A DNA stretch of 63,327 nt, filler included, from Octopus bimaculoides (lineage: Eukaryota): the NCBI RefSeq assembly GCF_001194135.2. It is 4 parts of 4 records of this genome, joined end to end, with 100 filler letters (N's around TTAATTAATTAA, not from the genome) between each part and the next. Parts side by side here need not be neighbours in the genome. Positions count along the whole stretch, not along the records: positions 1 to 30,966 come from NC_069000.1; 3 more parts are not named here. The stretch is one strand, 5' to 3'. The position numbers were made by a program, and so were the translations under genes. This document shows, in pieces, positions 1-13,260 of the stretch. Under the pieces are notes generated by a model. The model was not told where the DNA came from, did not search any database, and saw only the letters and a program-made list of their open reading frames with translations. Position 1 is the first letter of the stretch, and each line of letters opens with the position of its first letter.

Positions 1-270
1 GTGGGCAGTAAAGAAATAGGTATTTCGTCTGACTTTACGTTCTGAGTTTAAATTCGGGGTCGATAAATTAAGTACCAGTTACGCACTGGGGTCGATATAA
101 TCGACTTAATCCGTTTGTCTGTCCTTGTTTGTCCCCTCTGTGTGTAGCCCCTTGTGGGCAGTAAAGAAATAGGTATTTCGTCTGACTTTACGTTCTGAGT
201 TTAAATTCTGCCGAGGTCGACTTTGCCTTTCATCGTTTCGGGGTCGATAAATTAAGTACTATTTGCGTCC
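1..270 (+). mobile_element. Tandem head-to-tail copies of a tRNA-derived SINE with a Meta-like central domain (family A)
   Basis: gtgggcagtaaagaaataggtatttcgtctgactttacgttctgag occurs at 1 and again at about 153. B-box-like gagtttaaattc is followed by gtcgactttgcctttcatc..tcggggtcgataaattaagtacc, which resembles the MetaSINE/Sauria core (from memory). Confidence 0.75.
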
Positions 271-451
271 TTGTACCGAGAGTAGAAAAGAATTTTTAAT
301 AGTTGCAGAATGTTAAAAGGAAGTTTACGAATTTATTCAAAATGTTAAATTGAAAGAGTCTGCCATGCAGAAATATTCTCACTTTAGGCGAGAGGTTTTA
401 AAAACTCCAATGTTAGTTCATTAAATACATACATACATACACATATGTTCT

Positions 452-655
452 GTTGTGGAAATTAACCGCCCCCTGGACAACAATATAACTACAAAAATCC
501 AAAAAGAAACACGACATATATGGACCATCGATAAGGAATTTGCAAATCCAGTACCCAAGATACACTTTTAGCTTTATACCTATTATTATTGGAGCACCAG
601 AATACATACCAACCCCTCTGGAGCAAAGTATGGCTGAACTTTGAATCTTGGGGAG
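452..655 (+). pseudogene. Degenerate C-terminal restriction-like endonuclease (RLE) region of an R2/R4/NeSL-group non-LTR retrotransposon
   Basis: With one frameshift it reads VVEINRPLDNNITTKIQK/HDIYGPSIRNLQIQYPRYTFSFIPIIIGAPEYIP. This matches the RLE tail pattern E..P.D.N....K..Y..L......PIIIGALG. Confidence 0.7.
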
Positions 656-1419
656 AAAACGCAAATCATTAATTCATATGCTACAAATGATCACGATATC
701 TGATAAAACATATTGCAAGATTTTCTTAAGATTTAAAGGATAATGGTTAAAACAAGATACTTTCCTTCATAACGTTGCTACCAAGGTACTACATGAAGAA
801 CTTCAAGTCTTACAAGTGAGCATCGGTAGATCTCTACCCTATAATTAGTAAGCAAAATTATTCTACGTGTAATAACAGGAAGCATTAAAGTCGGAACAGA
901 AGAATACTTATGTCTATTGAAATAGATACTACTGAACGCTGGGAGGTATTTTGCAGTTCAATTGTATTTTTTACGATTAATCAATAAATTATGTAAGAAA
1001 ACTGAAGTACAAACGGTTTGTACGTTTTTATTGGCAGATTGACCTTTTCAAAGTACAGCATGTATACACGCATGCACATATGCACACAAGCACGTATGCA
1101 CACAGACGTATGCGCGCAAAAATCTACATACGAATATATAAACGTACACATGCGTATAAGCATATATAAATATATATGTGTGAGTAAGCATAAATGTGAA
1201 TATATACATACATACGCAGCGATGTACATTGATGGTTATACAGTAATTTTATGCAAATTTGTGCAAAATTAATTTTGGTTTAAGCGTACAATTAGCATAT
1301 ATTAGGAATTTGAGTTTGTTGAAATGTCTTGAGATAAATTTGTTCGTTCAATAATCACTTTTTCATCTATCGCGACAAATGATTTATTAAAAGAAATGCG
1401 ATAAGAGCGAGCGCAGATA

Positions 1420-1720
1420 CAACCACACATAAACACACACACACACACACACACATTCATGTATAAATGTATATCTATGTATGAAATATATCTGCATATA
1501 CATATATATGTGTGTGTGTGTGTGTGTGTTTCTGTGTATGTATGCATACAGATTTATATGTATACGTCTATATAAATATATATGTATGTATGTATGCTCA
1601 TGTATGTATCTATGTATGTATATATGTATATATCTATGTATGTCTACATATACTCTGTATACATATACTGTATGCATGTGTCTCCTAATACGCACACACA
1701 TACACTCACTCTCACAGACG

Positions 1721-1762
<42 letters not shown>

Positions 1763-1763
1763 C

Positions 1764-1850
<87 letters not shown>
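1420..1850. repeat. Compound (CA)n/(TA)n/(TATG)n/(TG)n microsatellite cluster
   Basis: Seen directly; explains the HT/CV/YI low-complexity ORFs at 981-2095. Confidence 0.95.
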
Positions 1851-1855
<5 letters not shown>

Positions 1856-2415
1856 GCGTATGAATGTAGGTATGTATTTCCAATCGTGCGCACTTACATG
1901 CGTGTACATGCGTGTGTGGGAGTGAGTATGCCAGCGAGGATCGCATTTCTTGTTATGGCGAAATAAATAATTCATGTGACACGATACAATGAAAAGTGGT
2001 TTTTGGACGAACAGATTTATCTGAACACATCTCAACAAACTCAAATTTCTAATATATGTTAATTGTACGCTAAAACGAGATTTATTTCTACACATATTTG
2101 CATATAATTATTTCACAATTGTCTATGTATACCGTTAGCTCAAGAGGTTGTCGAAGTTACATGAGTTAGAAAGGGTCTCGGATATTTATAGTGTTGAACG
2201 ACAGAATCCACCTGATTCAGGTAAATTGTATGTAAGCCATTGTATTTGGACATCACAAGAAGCTGATGATGAGCTTGTATCGATAGAAAACATCTTAGTC
2301 TATTTGGGATTTTGCTTTTAATATTTTCAGCGGAAACCCAACTGGGAGCGAATAAATTTTACCTGTCGACGTGTATATTTATAAAATACCTGCCTATATA
2401 ACGTCTGTTCCTTTT

Positions 2416-2447
<32 letters not shown>

Positions 2448-2453
<6 letters not shown>

Positions 2454-3619
2454 TGACAGAATTAAATAGACACCATTATAATCATTAAATCATTATTTAA
2501 ATCTAAAATTATACATTAAAATTATTTAATTGTTATGATGTGAATATTTAATATTCAGTAGACATGCCCTTTGCATTTTCCAACGCAAAGACCCTATTAG
2601 GAATTATACTGATCAAATGAATATTCTCTTGCGGGATTTCTTACCAAGTTTCATGCAGTAATCTGAAAAGATCTGCCTTTGAAGATGCTTTTTGTTCTTT
2701 TTATGAAGTGTCCTGTCCATTATGCCCCAGAGGTGTTCAATAGGGTTCATAACTGGTGACTAGCTTGGCCATGGAAACTTTTTAATGCCATTCTCATCCA
2801 ATAAATTTTGGATCATTTCAGCCTTGTGACAAGCCACGTCTTCCATAAATAAAAAGTCTTCTTTAAACATTTCACCACTGGAGAAGATTGGAAGAATTCC
2901 TTTCTGGAATGTGGACACATTGCTCCCCAGACCATCACAGAGTAGCTGCCGTGCTTCATTGTTGGTTGCAATCTTTCCACATCGAATTCTTGATCACAGA
3001 GTCTCCAGACCCACACTCGACCACTGTCAAGAAATACAGCAAATCTGGACTCATCAGAGAATAAGACAGCATCCCAAAATACTAGTGGCCTCTCCACCAC
3101 GTCACTGGCCCAATCTTTTCTCCGCTTCATGTTGGCTGGTCGAAGAAGTGGCTTCCTTCTTGCTGCTCTGCTATAGTGACCAAGTTTGCGGAGATACCTA
3201 ACAGCTGTTCTGGCATCAACTTGTACTGCTATGTCAGAGGCCTTGCAACGGGGATTATACTCCACACTTCTCTTAGCAAAGAGAAGGGTCCTGTCAGAGG
3301 GCCCTCGTTGATCTGGGCGAAGTGATGTGGACTCCTTCCCCACTCTGGTGAATTGAGCAATCACTTTATTAACCGTAGAAAGTGGGATCTCAAGGTTTTC
3401 AGCGATTTTATGCTATGTCCATCTTCAGAATGACCCACAATACGGCCTGTTTGAAATCCAGACAGTTCCAAGGCTTCCTTTGTACATGGTCTCGTTAGGC
3501 ATTTACGTATAGAACCTGAAACATAAAAATGTCAATTAATAAAAAATATAAACTTTCATATGTTAGAATAAACATAAAACGATGTTTTATGGGGTGTCTA
3601 TTTACTTCTATCACGTGTG
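2448..3619 (-). mobile_element. Tc1-like DNA transposon, decayed, both TIRs present
   Basis: Left TIR 2448-2474 (cacaaatgacagaattaaatagacacc) matches the reverse complement of 3593-3619 at 23/27 nt. The minus-strand transposase has [33 protein letters not shown] and WPS*SPVMNPIEHLW. Confidence 0.9.
2600..3470 (-). pseudogene. Tc1-family transposase pseudogene (DD34E type), with frameshifts and an internal deletion
   Basis: ORF 2813-3364 plus out-of-frame flanks carry the N-terminal HTH and the WPS.SP.MNPIEHLW motif. Confidence 0.88.
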
Positions 3620-3668
3620 AGTGCGTGTGCGTGTGTGTGTGTGTGCGTGTGCGTGTGTGTGTGTGTGT

Positions 3669-3715
<47 letters not shown>

Positions 3716-4444
3716 NNNNNNNNNNNNNNNNNNNNNNNNNNNNNNNNNNNNNNNNNNNNNNNNNNNNNNNNNNNNNNNNNNNNNNNNNNNNNNNNNNNNN
3801 NNNNNNNNNNNNNNNNNNNNNNNNNNNNNNNNNNNNNNNNNNNNNNNNNNNNNNNNNNNNNNNNNNNNNNNNNNNNNNNNNNNNNNNNNNNNNNNNNNNN
3901 NNNNNNNNNNNNNNNNNNNNNNNNNNNNNNNNNNNNNNNNNNNNNNNNNNNNNNNNNNNNNNNNNNNNNNNNNNNNNNNNNNNNNNNNNNNNNNNNNNNN
4001 NNNNNNNNNNNNNNNNNNNNNNNNNNNNNNNNNNNNNNNNNNNNNNNNNNNNNNNNNNNNNNNNNNNNNNNNNNNNNNNNNNNNNNNNNNNNNNNNNNNN
4101 NNNNNNNNNNNNNNNNNNNNNNNNNNNNNNNNNNNNNNNNNNNNNNNNNNNNNNNNNNNNNNNNNNNNNNNNNNNNNNNNNNNNNNNNNNNNNNNNNNNN
4201 NNNNNNNNNNNNNNNNNNNNNNNNNNNNNNNNNNNNNNNNNNNNNNNNNNNNNNNNNNNNNNNNNNNNNNNNNNNNNNNNNNNNNNNNNNNNNNNNNNNN
4301 NNNNNNNNNNNNNNNNNNNNNNNNNNNNNNNNNNNNNNNNNNNNNNNNNNNNNNNNNNNNNNNNNNNNNNNNNNNNNNNNNNNNNNNNNNNNNNNNNNNN
4401 NNNNNNNNNNNNNNNNNNNNNNNNNNNTATATATATATATATAT

Positions 4445-4690
4445 ATATTCTTTTATTCTTTTTAATTGTTTTAGTCATATGATTGCGGCCATGCTGTAGC
4501 ACCGCCTTGTCTTCGAAGACTTATATCATCGCTGATTGTGCGATATGGGGAGAAGATAGACAGCCGACAACTGATGATGGATCATTCTTTGTATTACTTT
4601 TCCTTTTTTCGCTCGTTATTTGCGTTGGATTTAACTCATTTGTTTTCGTATTTCATGTTGTTTACTATTGATGACGTCCTGTACCCATAT
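4445..4690 (-). mobile_element. Degenerate 3' half of SINE family B
   Basis: gtcatatgattgcggccatgctgtagcaccgcc matches the family B 3' module seen at 36673, 43330 and 61245; only that part is clearly recognisable. Confidence 0.5.
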
Positions 4691-4696
4691 ATACGC

Positions 4697-4760
<64 letters not shown>

Positions 4761-4882
4761 TATTTATATTATTATTTAATTGAACGCTATGCATCCATTT
4801 CCACGTAAGTTTGTCTCAACCTTTTTGATGCGACTCTACTCTATACTGTTTTCTCCCCTATTCTCTCTAATTCCGTTTTCTA

Positions 4883-4970
<88 letters not shown>

Positions 4971-5339
4971 CCTTGTTGTTCACACGTGACCATCGTTCAC
5001 CTTTCTTTTCCCTACGTGACCATCTTTCTTTCTTGCACGTACGTTCTAAGGAATTTCTTTCTTCTATCCTTTCTCTTTTCAAAGAAAATATTTCAGCATT
5101 CACTATTTCCCCTCGTTCAGGTCTAACGACACCTCCATGTTTGTTTCCATTTGGTTTCCCTGTAGGTCTTCACTGTACTGTTTTTGTTCCTAAATTTGAC
5201 CCTCCATAAATCCAAAATTTTATTTTGGAATTTATGGGAACAACTGTCTTTGAAGACTCAAATTGTTTTGTTCTTGCACCATTTTTTTGTTTTGTTTTTT
5301 TATATATACATATAGCGGCATATGTACACTTTTGGTCTC

Positions 5340-5413
<74 letters not shown>

Positions 5414-6566
5414 GTATGCGTATGTGTGTGCGCGTGTGTGTTTATGTATGCACACATATATGCGTGAGTGAAGTGCTTGTGTCTGCGTTCGTGTCGGTGT
5501 TTACGATTGCTAATTTATGTCATTAATTCTAGAAGTTCGAAAAATAATAATTGCTAAAACAAGATCTAGACTTTAAAAAGAACTCATTTCGATATGGTCG
5601 ATTAAAATTTTGAAAGGCGAGCGCAGCATGGCTGCTGTCTAATAAATGGAGCAACTAAACGTGAGAAGAAGTTTGTGTGTGTGTATCTATATATATATAT
5701 ACTTTTATGTATATACACACACACATATGCACACACACATACACACACACTCACATATAAACACATATATATACATACACATATATATACACAAACACAC
5801 ACGCTATCTTTCACACACACACACACACACACACATATATCTGCATATGTAATGGTTAACTGCATTTCCCACCATTACGTCCAGATATAAGTAATTAGTT
5901 ATAATACGTCATCAATATGGGTTCCTTTCTAATTTAGAACGTTGTATTTCATTCCAATCTCTTTTATATAACAAGACGATTGTTATTTACACCCTAGCGG
6001 TGTTTTCTTACATTGCCGGTGGAATACAAATTATTTGGTGCAACAGTTTCACGGAAGGACGCTCACTTATAAGAATGCACGTTTTCATTTTTGCCGCATG
6101 TATTTTATTTCAGTGTATATAACCTTTCTTTCATCAAGCAGAGTTTAATGTTTACCCTCTGTTAATAATCTGCGTAAAAATGATTAACAATTTCTTTAAT
6201 GTCTAAGTACATACAGTTTGTGTGTCCATGTGTGCGTGCGTGCGTGCGTATATATGTGGGTGTGCGTGCGTGTGTGAGAGAGAGAGAGAGTGTGTGTGTT
6301 TATGCGTATGATGTGTGAGTGCCTGTGTGTGTATGTGAGTGTGTGTGTCTGCCTGTGTATACATATCTATACTGATAGATGTTAGTATATGATATCACGA
6401 ATATATATACATACATAGATAAATACACACACACCTAAGAAGTTATAAACATTGGCGCATACAATGCATACATAAAAATATATTTCTATATATGTTTGTG
6501 TGTGTGTATGTATGTATGTGTGTTTGTGTGTGTCCGTTTTACCTATGCATGTATATGTTTGCTTTC

Positions 6567-6617
<51 letters not shown>

Positions 6618-6643
6618 TGTATGTATGTATGTATATATGTATA

Positions 6644-7908
6644 TCAGGTCATTAAGAATGAAATGTCGGAGTTTTTAATGCACCAAGTCGTTAACTCTAA
6701 TGTTTTATCCTGACAATTCTTTGTTTTACAACATTGAAGAGTTACAATATGACTTTCTGAAATGCAATTCATGGTGTCTGATTATATTGTGAGTTTTCTC
6801 TTGTAAATCAATTTTTGTGAACCCATGGATAGATCAAAAATTCGTGTCGTGTGAGTTCCGTCGTGGAACCAATGCATCCCAGACAGCTCGAAACCTCAAT
6901 GAAGTGTTTGGTGAAGATGTGGCAAATGAGCGTACTGTAGGTCGATGGTTGGAGAAGTTCCGGTCTGGTGACTTTTCTCTTGAAAATCAGCCCCGTGATA
7001 GACCTGAGACCAAGATGGATAATGATGAGCTGGAAACTGTAGTGGAAGTGGATACATTTCAAGCTACGCATGAGTTAGCAGCAAAGTTTGACATTTCGAT
7101 TCCAGCTGTATTGGACCATCTGAAACAAATTGGCAAGGCAAGGAAGCTGGACAAGTCGGTACCACACGAACTGAACGAGCTTCAAATGACACGTCATCTT
7201 GAGACTTGCTGTTCTTTGCTGTCACGGCATAGAAGCGAGTCATTTTTGCATCGTATTGTTACGTGTGATGAAAAATGGATTCTTTTCAACAATAGCAAGC
7301 GTTCTGCACGGTGATTGGATACAGACGAAGTGCCAAAAAACAATCCAAAGATGAATGTTCACCAAAAAAAGCTAATGCGTATGTTTGGTGCTCCAGCGCT
7401 AGTGTCATCATCTACAGCTTCATAAGACCTGGTAAGTCAATTACAGTGGAAGTATACATCAACCAATTGGATGAAATGATGAGTGAACTTGCAATTAAAG
7501 AACCGAGATTGATCAATAGAGACAGGCTAATTCTCTTGCAAAACAATGCTCAACCACATGTTACACAAAGGACGCTACTCAAGTTACAGGAACTGAATTT
7601 GAAAGAACTCTTGTCATCCATATTCACCAGACCTTGCACTAACTGACTATCATGGTTTTCAAGCATTAGACAACTTTTTGCTCAGGACAAAACTTCAAAT
7701 CTGAAGAAGATGCAAAAACAGCCTTTCGTGATTTCATCACCTCTTGATCTCCAGAATTCTTCGGTGCCGGCATAAATAAGCTACCAATAAAATGGCAAAA
7801 TTGTGTTGATGATTTAGGTGCATTCTTTGATTAACTGCATTGCCTTTGCTGAGATAAAGTAAAATAAACTTTCAGTTCAAAAGCGACATTTCATTCTTAA
7901 TGACCTGA
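6644..7908 (+). mobile_element. Full-length (1265 bp) mariner transposon, cecropia/Hsmar1-like subfamily
   Basis: Perfect 25-bp TIRs tcaggtcattaagaatgaaatgtcg at 6644-6668 and 7884-7908, with TA on both sides (6642-43, 7909-10). Confidence 0.97.
6825..7834 (+). pseudogene. Mariner DD34D transposase pseudogene
   Basis: Motifs ANERTVGRW, KLDKSVPHEL, RIVTCDEKWILF, PYSPDLALTDY and KWQNCVD..FFD* are collinear with Hsmar1. There are several frameshifts, and the second catalytic Asp is changed (QNNAQPH for HDNARPH). Confidence 0.95.
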
Positions 7909-8298
7909 TATATATATACATATCCAAAATGGAGACGAACACCGTTTTTCTATTTGAACGGCTTAACAATTGTAATGATATTAAGATGATTTTCGTAACA
8001 TGAAACCAATGGTAGCCTTAAGACACAAATAAATAAAATTTTATCCACCAATGCAGTGTTGAGCACTCATTCTCGTCGTTCGACATTCACACAGACACAC
8101 ACACACACAGTTGGGAATCTCTCGATTTCGAATGTTGGTGCTGAATATTATTAGCTCAGTCCCTCTATCAAACCATCTGTACAGGAGAACGATGTTGTCA
8201 CAGGTTAGATGTCAAAATTGTCACCGAGCTGACGAACACGGCCCACGGTCTGGCGATCGTGAGTGCAACACACTAATCATTATCCCACGCATCCCCAC

Positions 8299-8397
<99 letters not shown>

Positions 8398-9434
8398 CGC
8401 TCTCTTCCTATCACTTCAGTAATGTAAACTACACGCGGCCCGTTGGCGATTTCAACTCCTCCTCCTTCTTTGGACTTTCCGACGAAGAACTATGCTCGAA
8501 ATGTTAAATTCTCTCCTTTCATCAAAAGTCAAGCTAGTATACTTTTTGTGAATATCTTCACGTTCGCTGTTATTCTTCTTTTTTTTCAGTCTTAATCCGT
8601 TTATTTGAATTGTTTGTGTATTTGAATTGACTATATATATACATACGTACAATCATACTTACCTGCATACACGGATATACGTACATACATACATACATAC
8701 ATACATACATGAACGCACGCACACATAGAATACCACGCCCTTTCTATTACTCATGTTAGTCTGCTCAATATTATTTTCTTTGTAATATTTGAATTCCTTC
8801 CTGTTCTTTGTTATCGGTGATAAAAAGCGAATAGATTTCATTACATTATTATTAATATACGAACTGCTGTCGTCATCATTATCATCATCATCATCATCAT
8901 TTATTGCTGTTGTTGTTATTGTGGTTGTTGTATTTGTTGTTGCTATTGTGGTAGCAGTGGAATATTTTATGTGACAGTTAGAAAATGGGTTCATCAAGTA
9001 CAATATATTGAAGCTGGGTAAGTTGAATGATATTGCAATTTCAGTAAAGAGAGGCAGAGAGAGAGAGAGAAAGAGAGAGAGAGAAAGAGAAAGAGAGAGA
9101 GAGAGAGATGAGTGAAGACAGACGGAGTGAGAGAGGAAAATACTCAGGCACACATATACGTGTACGTGTGTTGATGTCTGTATGTGCTTGTCTTTCATCG
9201 CTTGACAGCCAATGGGCGTTGTTTTGTTTACTTCCCAATACATGAGCAGCTCGGCAAAGAGAGCCCGACAGAATGCAATGACTACTGAAGTTGATTTGAT
9301 TGATTAAGGCCTTCAAAGTGGAGTCCCTGCATTGCCGTAGTCCATAGACAAACTTGTTAATAACATATGAGATTTAGAAAAAAAGTGTATATAGATATAT
9401 AGACATCCAGCACAAAACATATATGACATATATA

Positions 9435-9486
<52 letters not shown>

Positions 9487-10659
9487 NNNNNNNNNNNNNN
9501 NNNNNNNNNNNNNNNNNNNNNNNNNNNNNNNNNNNNNNNNNNNNNNNNNNNNNNNNNNNNNNNNNNNNNNNNNNNNNNNNNNNNNNNNNNNNNNNNNNNN
9601 NNNNNNNNNNNNNNNNNNNNNNNNNNNNNNNNNNNNNNNNNNNNNNNNNNNNNNNNNNNNNNNNNNNNNNNNNNNNNNNNNNNNNNNNNNNNNNNNNNNN
9701 NNNNNNNNNNNNNNNNNNNNNNNNNNNNNNNNNNNNNNNNNNNNNNNNNNNNNNNNNNNNNNNNNNNNNNNNNNNNNNNNNNNNNNNNNNNNNNNNNNNN
9801 NNNNNNNNNNNNNNNNNNNNNNNNNNNNNNNNNNNNNNNNNNNNNNNNNNNNNNNNNNNNNNNNNNNNNNNNNNNNNNNNNNNNNNNNNNNNNNNNNNNN
9901 NNNNNNNNNTAAGGAGTAGACAACCACCATATTATTATTATTATTATTATATGTATTTATTTTCTCCTAATTAATAAATAACTCGGACAAAATAAATTGG
10001 TTAATAGATACCAGGGTAGCAAAGATCACAAAATAACTGTGGTGTAACTCCTGTTTATGAGGTAGAAACTCCTTGATATTTTGAGTACTTGAGTATATAT
10101 AAATTTAATGAATGGAGTAAAACGCATATTTTAACTGCATACTCTTATTCCAACATATGTTTCGAAGAATTACAATTTATACGATCCATAGGAATCGGCG
10201 ATGTTAAAAATGTAAACTTCTCTTCAGGGAAATGCATGGCAACCAGCTTAAACGTAAGGCATTATAACCGAATATGAGAACTATAGTTGGAGAAGGTTAT
10301 AACGTAATTTATTTGAAAGAACCAACAGATGGTCAGCTGCTATACAGTGCGGTTTGTTGATCAAATTGATTACTACTACCCTCCTATGGTGAATTTTTCA
10401 TTGTTTCTGCTGTTATAGTGTATATCATCTCATATATCGGTATGTTCGTTTGTTTGTTTGGGTTCCTTCACTGTTCTATAAATTGTTACTTCGTTTCAAA
10501 ATATGGATGATTTAACAAATTGCTAATCTGTATGCAAAAAATTAATATAGAGAGCAGTGTGCAATGTTTTACCAAAAAGGAAAACTATAATTGTCACTAA
10601 ACATGACTAGGGTGTTAGAACACTTATCCATTGATTTTTATGCTGAATACATATATACT

Positions 10660-10697
<38 letters not shown>

Positions 10698-11498
10698 GGA
10701 ATAAAATCATCCAGGTGAGTAGTAGAGTGGCTCTTTGGTATGTTCCAGATTAGTAATACCAAGCGTGAATGAACGCTAAGTATTAGCAATCTAGCCATAA
10801 TTCTTTCGATGGGTAACTCTGAGTTTGCTTTCCTGGATTATGAACAACATCAGGTATGTGTATATATATATATATAGGAAAATGTAAAAAAGCCAGAATG
10901 CTGAACNNNNNNNNNNNNNNNNNNNNNNNNNNNNNNNNNNNNNNNNNNNNNNNNNNNNNNNNNNNNNNNNNNNNNNNNNNNNNNNNNNNNNNNNNNNNNN
11001 NNNNNNNNNNNNNNNNNNNNNNNNNNNNNNNNNNNNNNNNNNNNNNNNNNNNNNNNNNNNNNNNNNNNNNNNNNNNNNNNNNNNNNNNNNNNNNNNNNNN
11101 NNNNNNNNNNNNNNNNNNNNNNNNNNNNNNNNNNNNNNNNNNNNNNNNNNNNNNNNNNNNNNNNNNNNNNNNNNNNNNNNNNNNNNNNNNNNNNNNNNNN
11201 NNNNNNNNNNNNNNNNNNNNNNNNNNNNNNNNNNNNNNNNNNNNNNNNNNNNNNNNNNNNNNNNNNNNNNNNNNNNNNNNNNNNNNNNNNNNNNNNNNNN
11301 NNNNNNNNNNNNNNNNNNNNNNNNNNNNNNNNNNNNNNNNNNNNNNNNNNNNNNNNNNNNNNNNNNNNNNNNNNNNNNNNNNNNNNNNNNNNNNNNNNNN
11401 NNNNNNNNNNNNNNNNNNNNNNNNNNNNNNNNNNNNNNNNNNNNNNNNNNNNNNNNNNNNNNNNNNNNNNNNNNNNNNNNNNNNNNNNNNNNNNNNNN

Positions 11499-11561
<63 letters not shown>

Positions 11562-12254
11562 GAGATAGATAGATAGATAGATAGATAGGCAGACAGACAC
11601 ACAGGCATACAGACACACAGACAGACAGACAGACAGGTAGGTAGGTAGGTAGGTAGGTAGATATACATGCATATATATTTACACGCACATACACACACAT
11701 GCGTGTGCGTTTCATCGTATAAATGGGGCTGGCTTTTCTTTTTTGCATAAAATATTCGACTATTTTCGGTTTCTATCTTTTTCATTTTATATTTTTCATA
11801 TAATCTCACTCGCTTTTTACGGTTCGTTTCAAACAATAAATTTCCTTAACCGATACCCGACGTTGCTAGAACTTCATCGTCTCATTATCACGAAATACAT
11901 TTTGAGAATTAGGTGTTTGGGCTTTTGCATATATACTAATGTTGGTCGTGTAAATTTTCCCCACAAAGGCTTTTTGACCGCTAACATTTTACATCGTTGT
12001 CAAATTTTGAATTAATTGACGAGGTCAAATTTTGACCGTTAGATTTTACAATTTTTATGCCAGCAACCACGTTTTAAACTTTGATGTGCATATTTGTGTG
12101 TTAATTTCAGCATTGTATTATGTTAAGTGTATGGTTTCAACATTTAATATATATTTATATGGAATTTCATAAAATATGGACGTATTCTAGTATAGTATTT
12201 TCTTATCTAACTTCATTTAGTAGTACGTGATTTTATATTCTTTTTTTACTCTAG

Positions 12255-12452
12255 ACACAAGGCCCGAAATGTTTGGGGAGGGGGCCAGTCGATTAGATCG
12301 ACTCCAGTGCGCAACTGATACTTAATTTATCGACCCCGAAAGGATGAAAGATAAAGTCGACCTCGGCGGAATTTGAACTCAGAACGTAAAGACACACGAA
12401 AAACCGCTAAGCGTTTCGCCCGGCCTGCTAACGTTGCTACCAGTTCGTCGCC
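12255..12452 (-). mobile_element. SINE family A, near full length
   Basis: Reverse complement of the family A body, including gaatttgaactc (B box) and the tRNA-like head. Confidence 0.85.
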
Positions 12453-12914
12453 TTTAAGTGGTTTTATATTGTGCACTAACTCTAAGCTACACATACATGA
12501 GGAGGTTATGTGAATGTGTTGTACTGGTAAGTAACAGCTAATGTATAATGTAACAACTAGTGTCCTAAATATTATATCTTTTAGTTTTACAGTCAAATTT
12601 ATAGATCATATTGGTCATTCGCAGTTTGATCTTGGTTGATATGTTTGTGGAGTGTTACCGATAAGGAAATTTTCGTTTGGGCGTTTTTGTAGTATATTTT
12701 TGGCTTAAGTTTATGGTCGAGTGTGATGCAATTTATGTTTTACCAAAATTTCTGTGTTCGTGTGCGCAATAGCTTTTATACCTATGGTTCATCTAAAAGC
12801 TTTTGTATATAGTTTTTGTATTTCTATTAAGTATGTTCTCTATTATATTTGTGTATTGTAATCTTTTATTGCTCGTTCCATTAACCTGTTGGATCTTCTG
12901 TTTTTGGTTTCAAA

Positions 12915-13062
12915 TTTTGTGACAAGGCCAACAAGTTCGGGAGAGGGGGAAGGTTGATTACATGGAATACAATGTTCAACTGGTACTTATTTAATCGATC
13001 CCGAAAGGATGAACGGTAAAATAGACCCCGGCGGAATTTGGTCTCAGAACGTAAAGACAAAC
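12915..13062 (-). mobile_element. SINE family A, 5'-truncated
   Basis: tggtacttatttaatcgatcccgaaaggatgaa...ggcggaatttggtctcagaacgtaaagac matches the 12255 copy. Confidence 0.8.
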
Positions 13063-13207
13063 GGAATTCCGCCGAGGTCGACTTTGCCTTTCGAGGTCGA
13101 TAAATTAAGTACCAGTTACGCACTGGGGTCGATATAGTCGACTGAATCCGTTTGTCTGTCCTTGTTTGTCCCCTCTGTGTGTAGCCCCTTGTGGGCAGTA
13201 AAGAAAT

Positions 13208-13208
<1 letters not shown>
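13063..13208 (+). mobile_element. SINE family A with the same tail variant as 1-270, followed by (GATA)n
   Basis: aattccgccgaggtcgactttgcc...gtgggcagtaaagaaata is nearly identical to positions 60-170. Confidence 0.85.

Positions 13209-13260
<52 letters not shown>

Noticed and set aside
981-2095. Many 60-390 aa ORFs rich in HT, CV, YI, LS or X, here and throughout the window
   Set aside because: They are translations of dinucleotide/tetranucleotide microsatellites and N gaps, not genes.
2255-2305. ctgatga...gaaaac...gtc hammerhead-like order on the + strand
   Set aside because: Stems I and II do not pair convincingly; at best a decayed relic.
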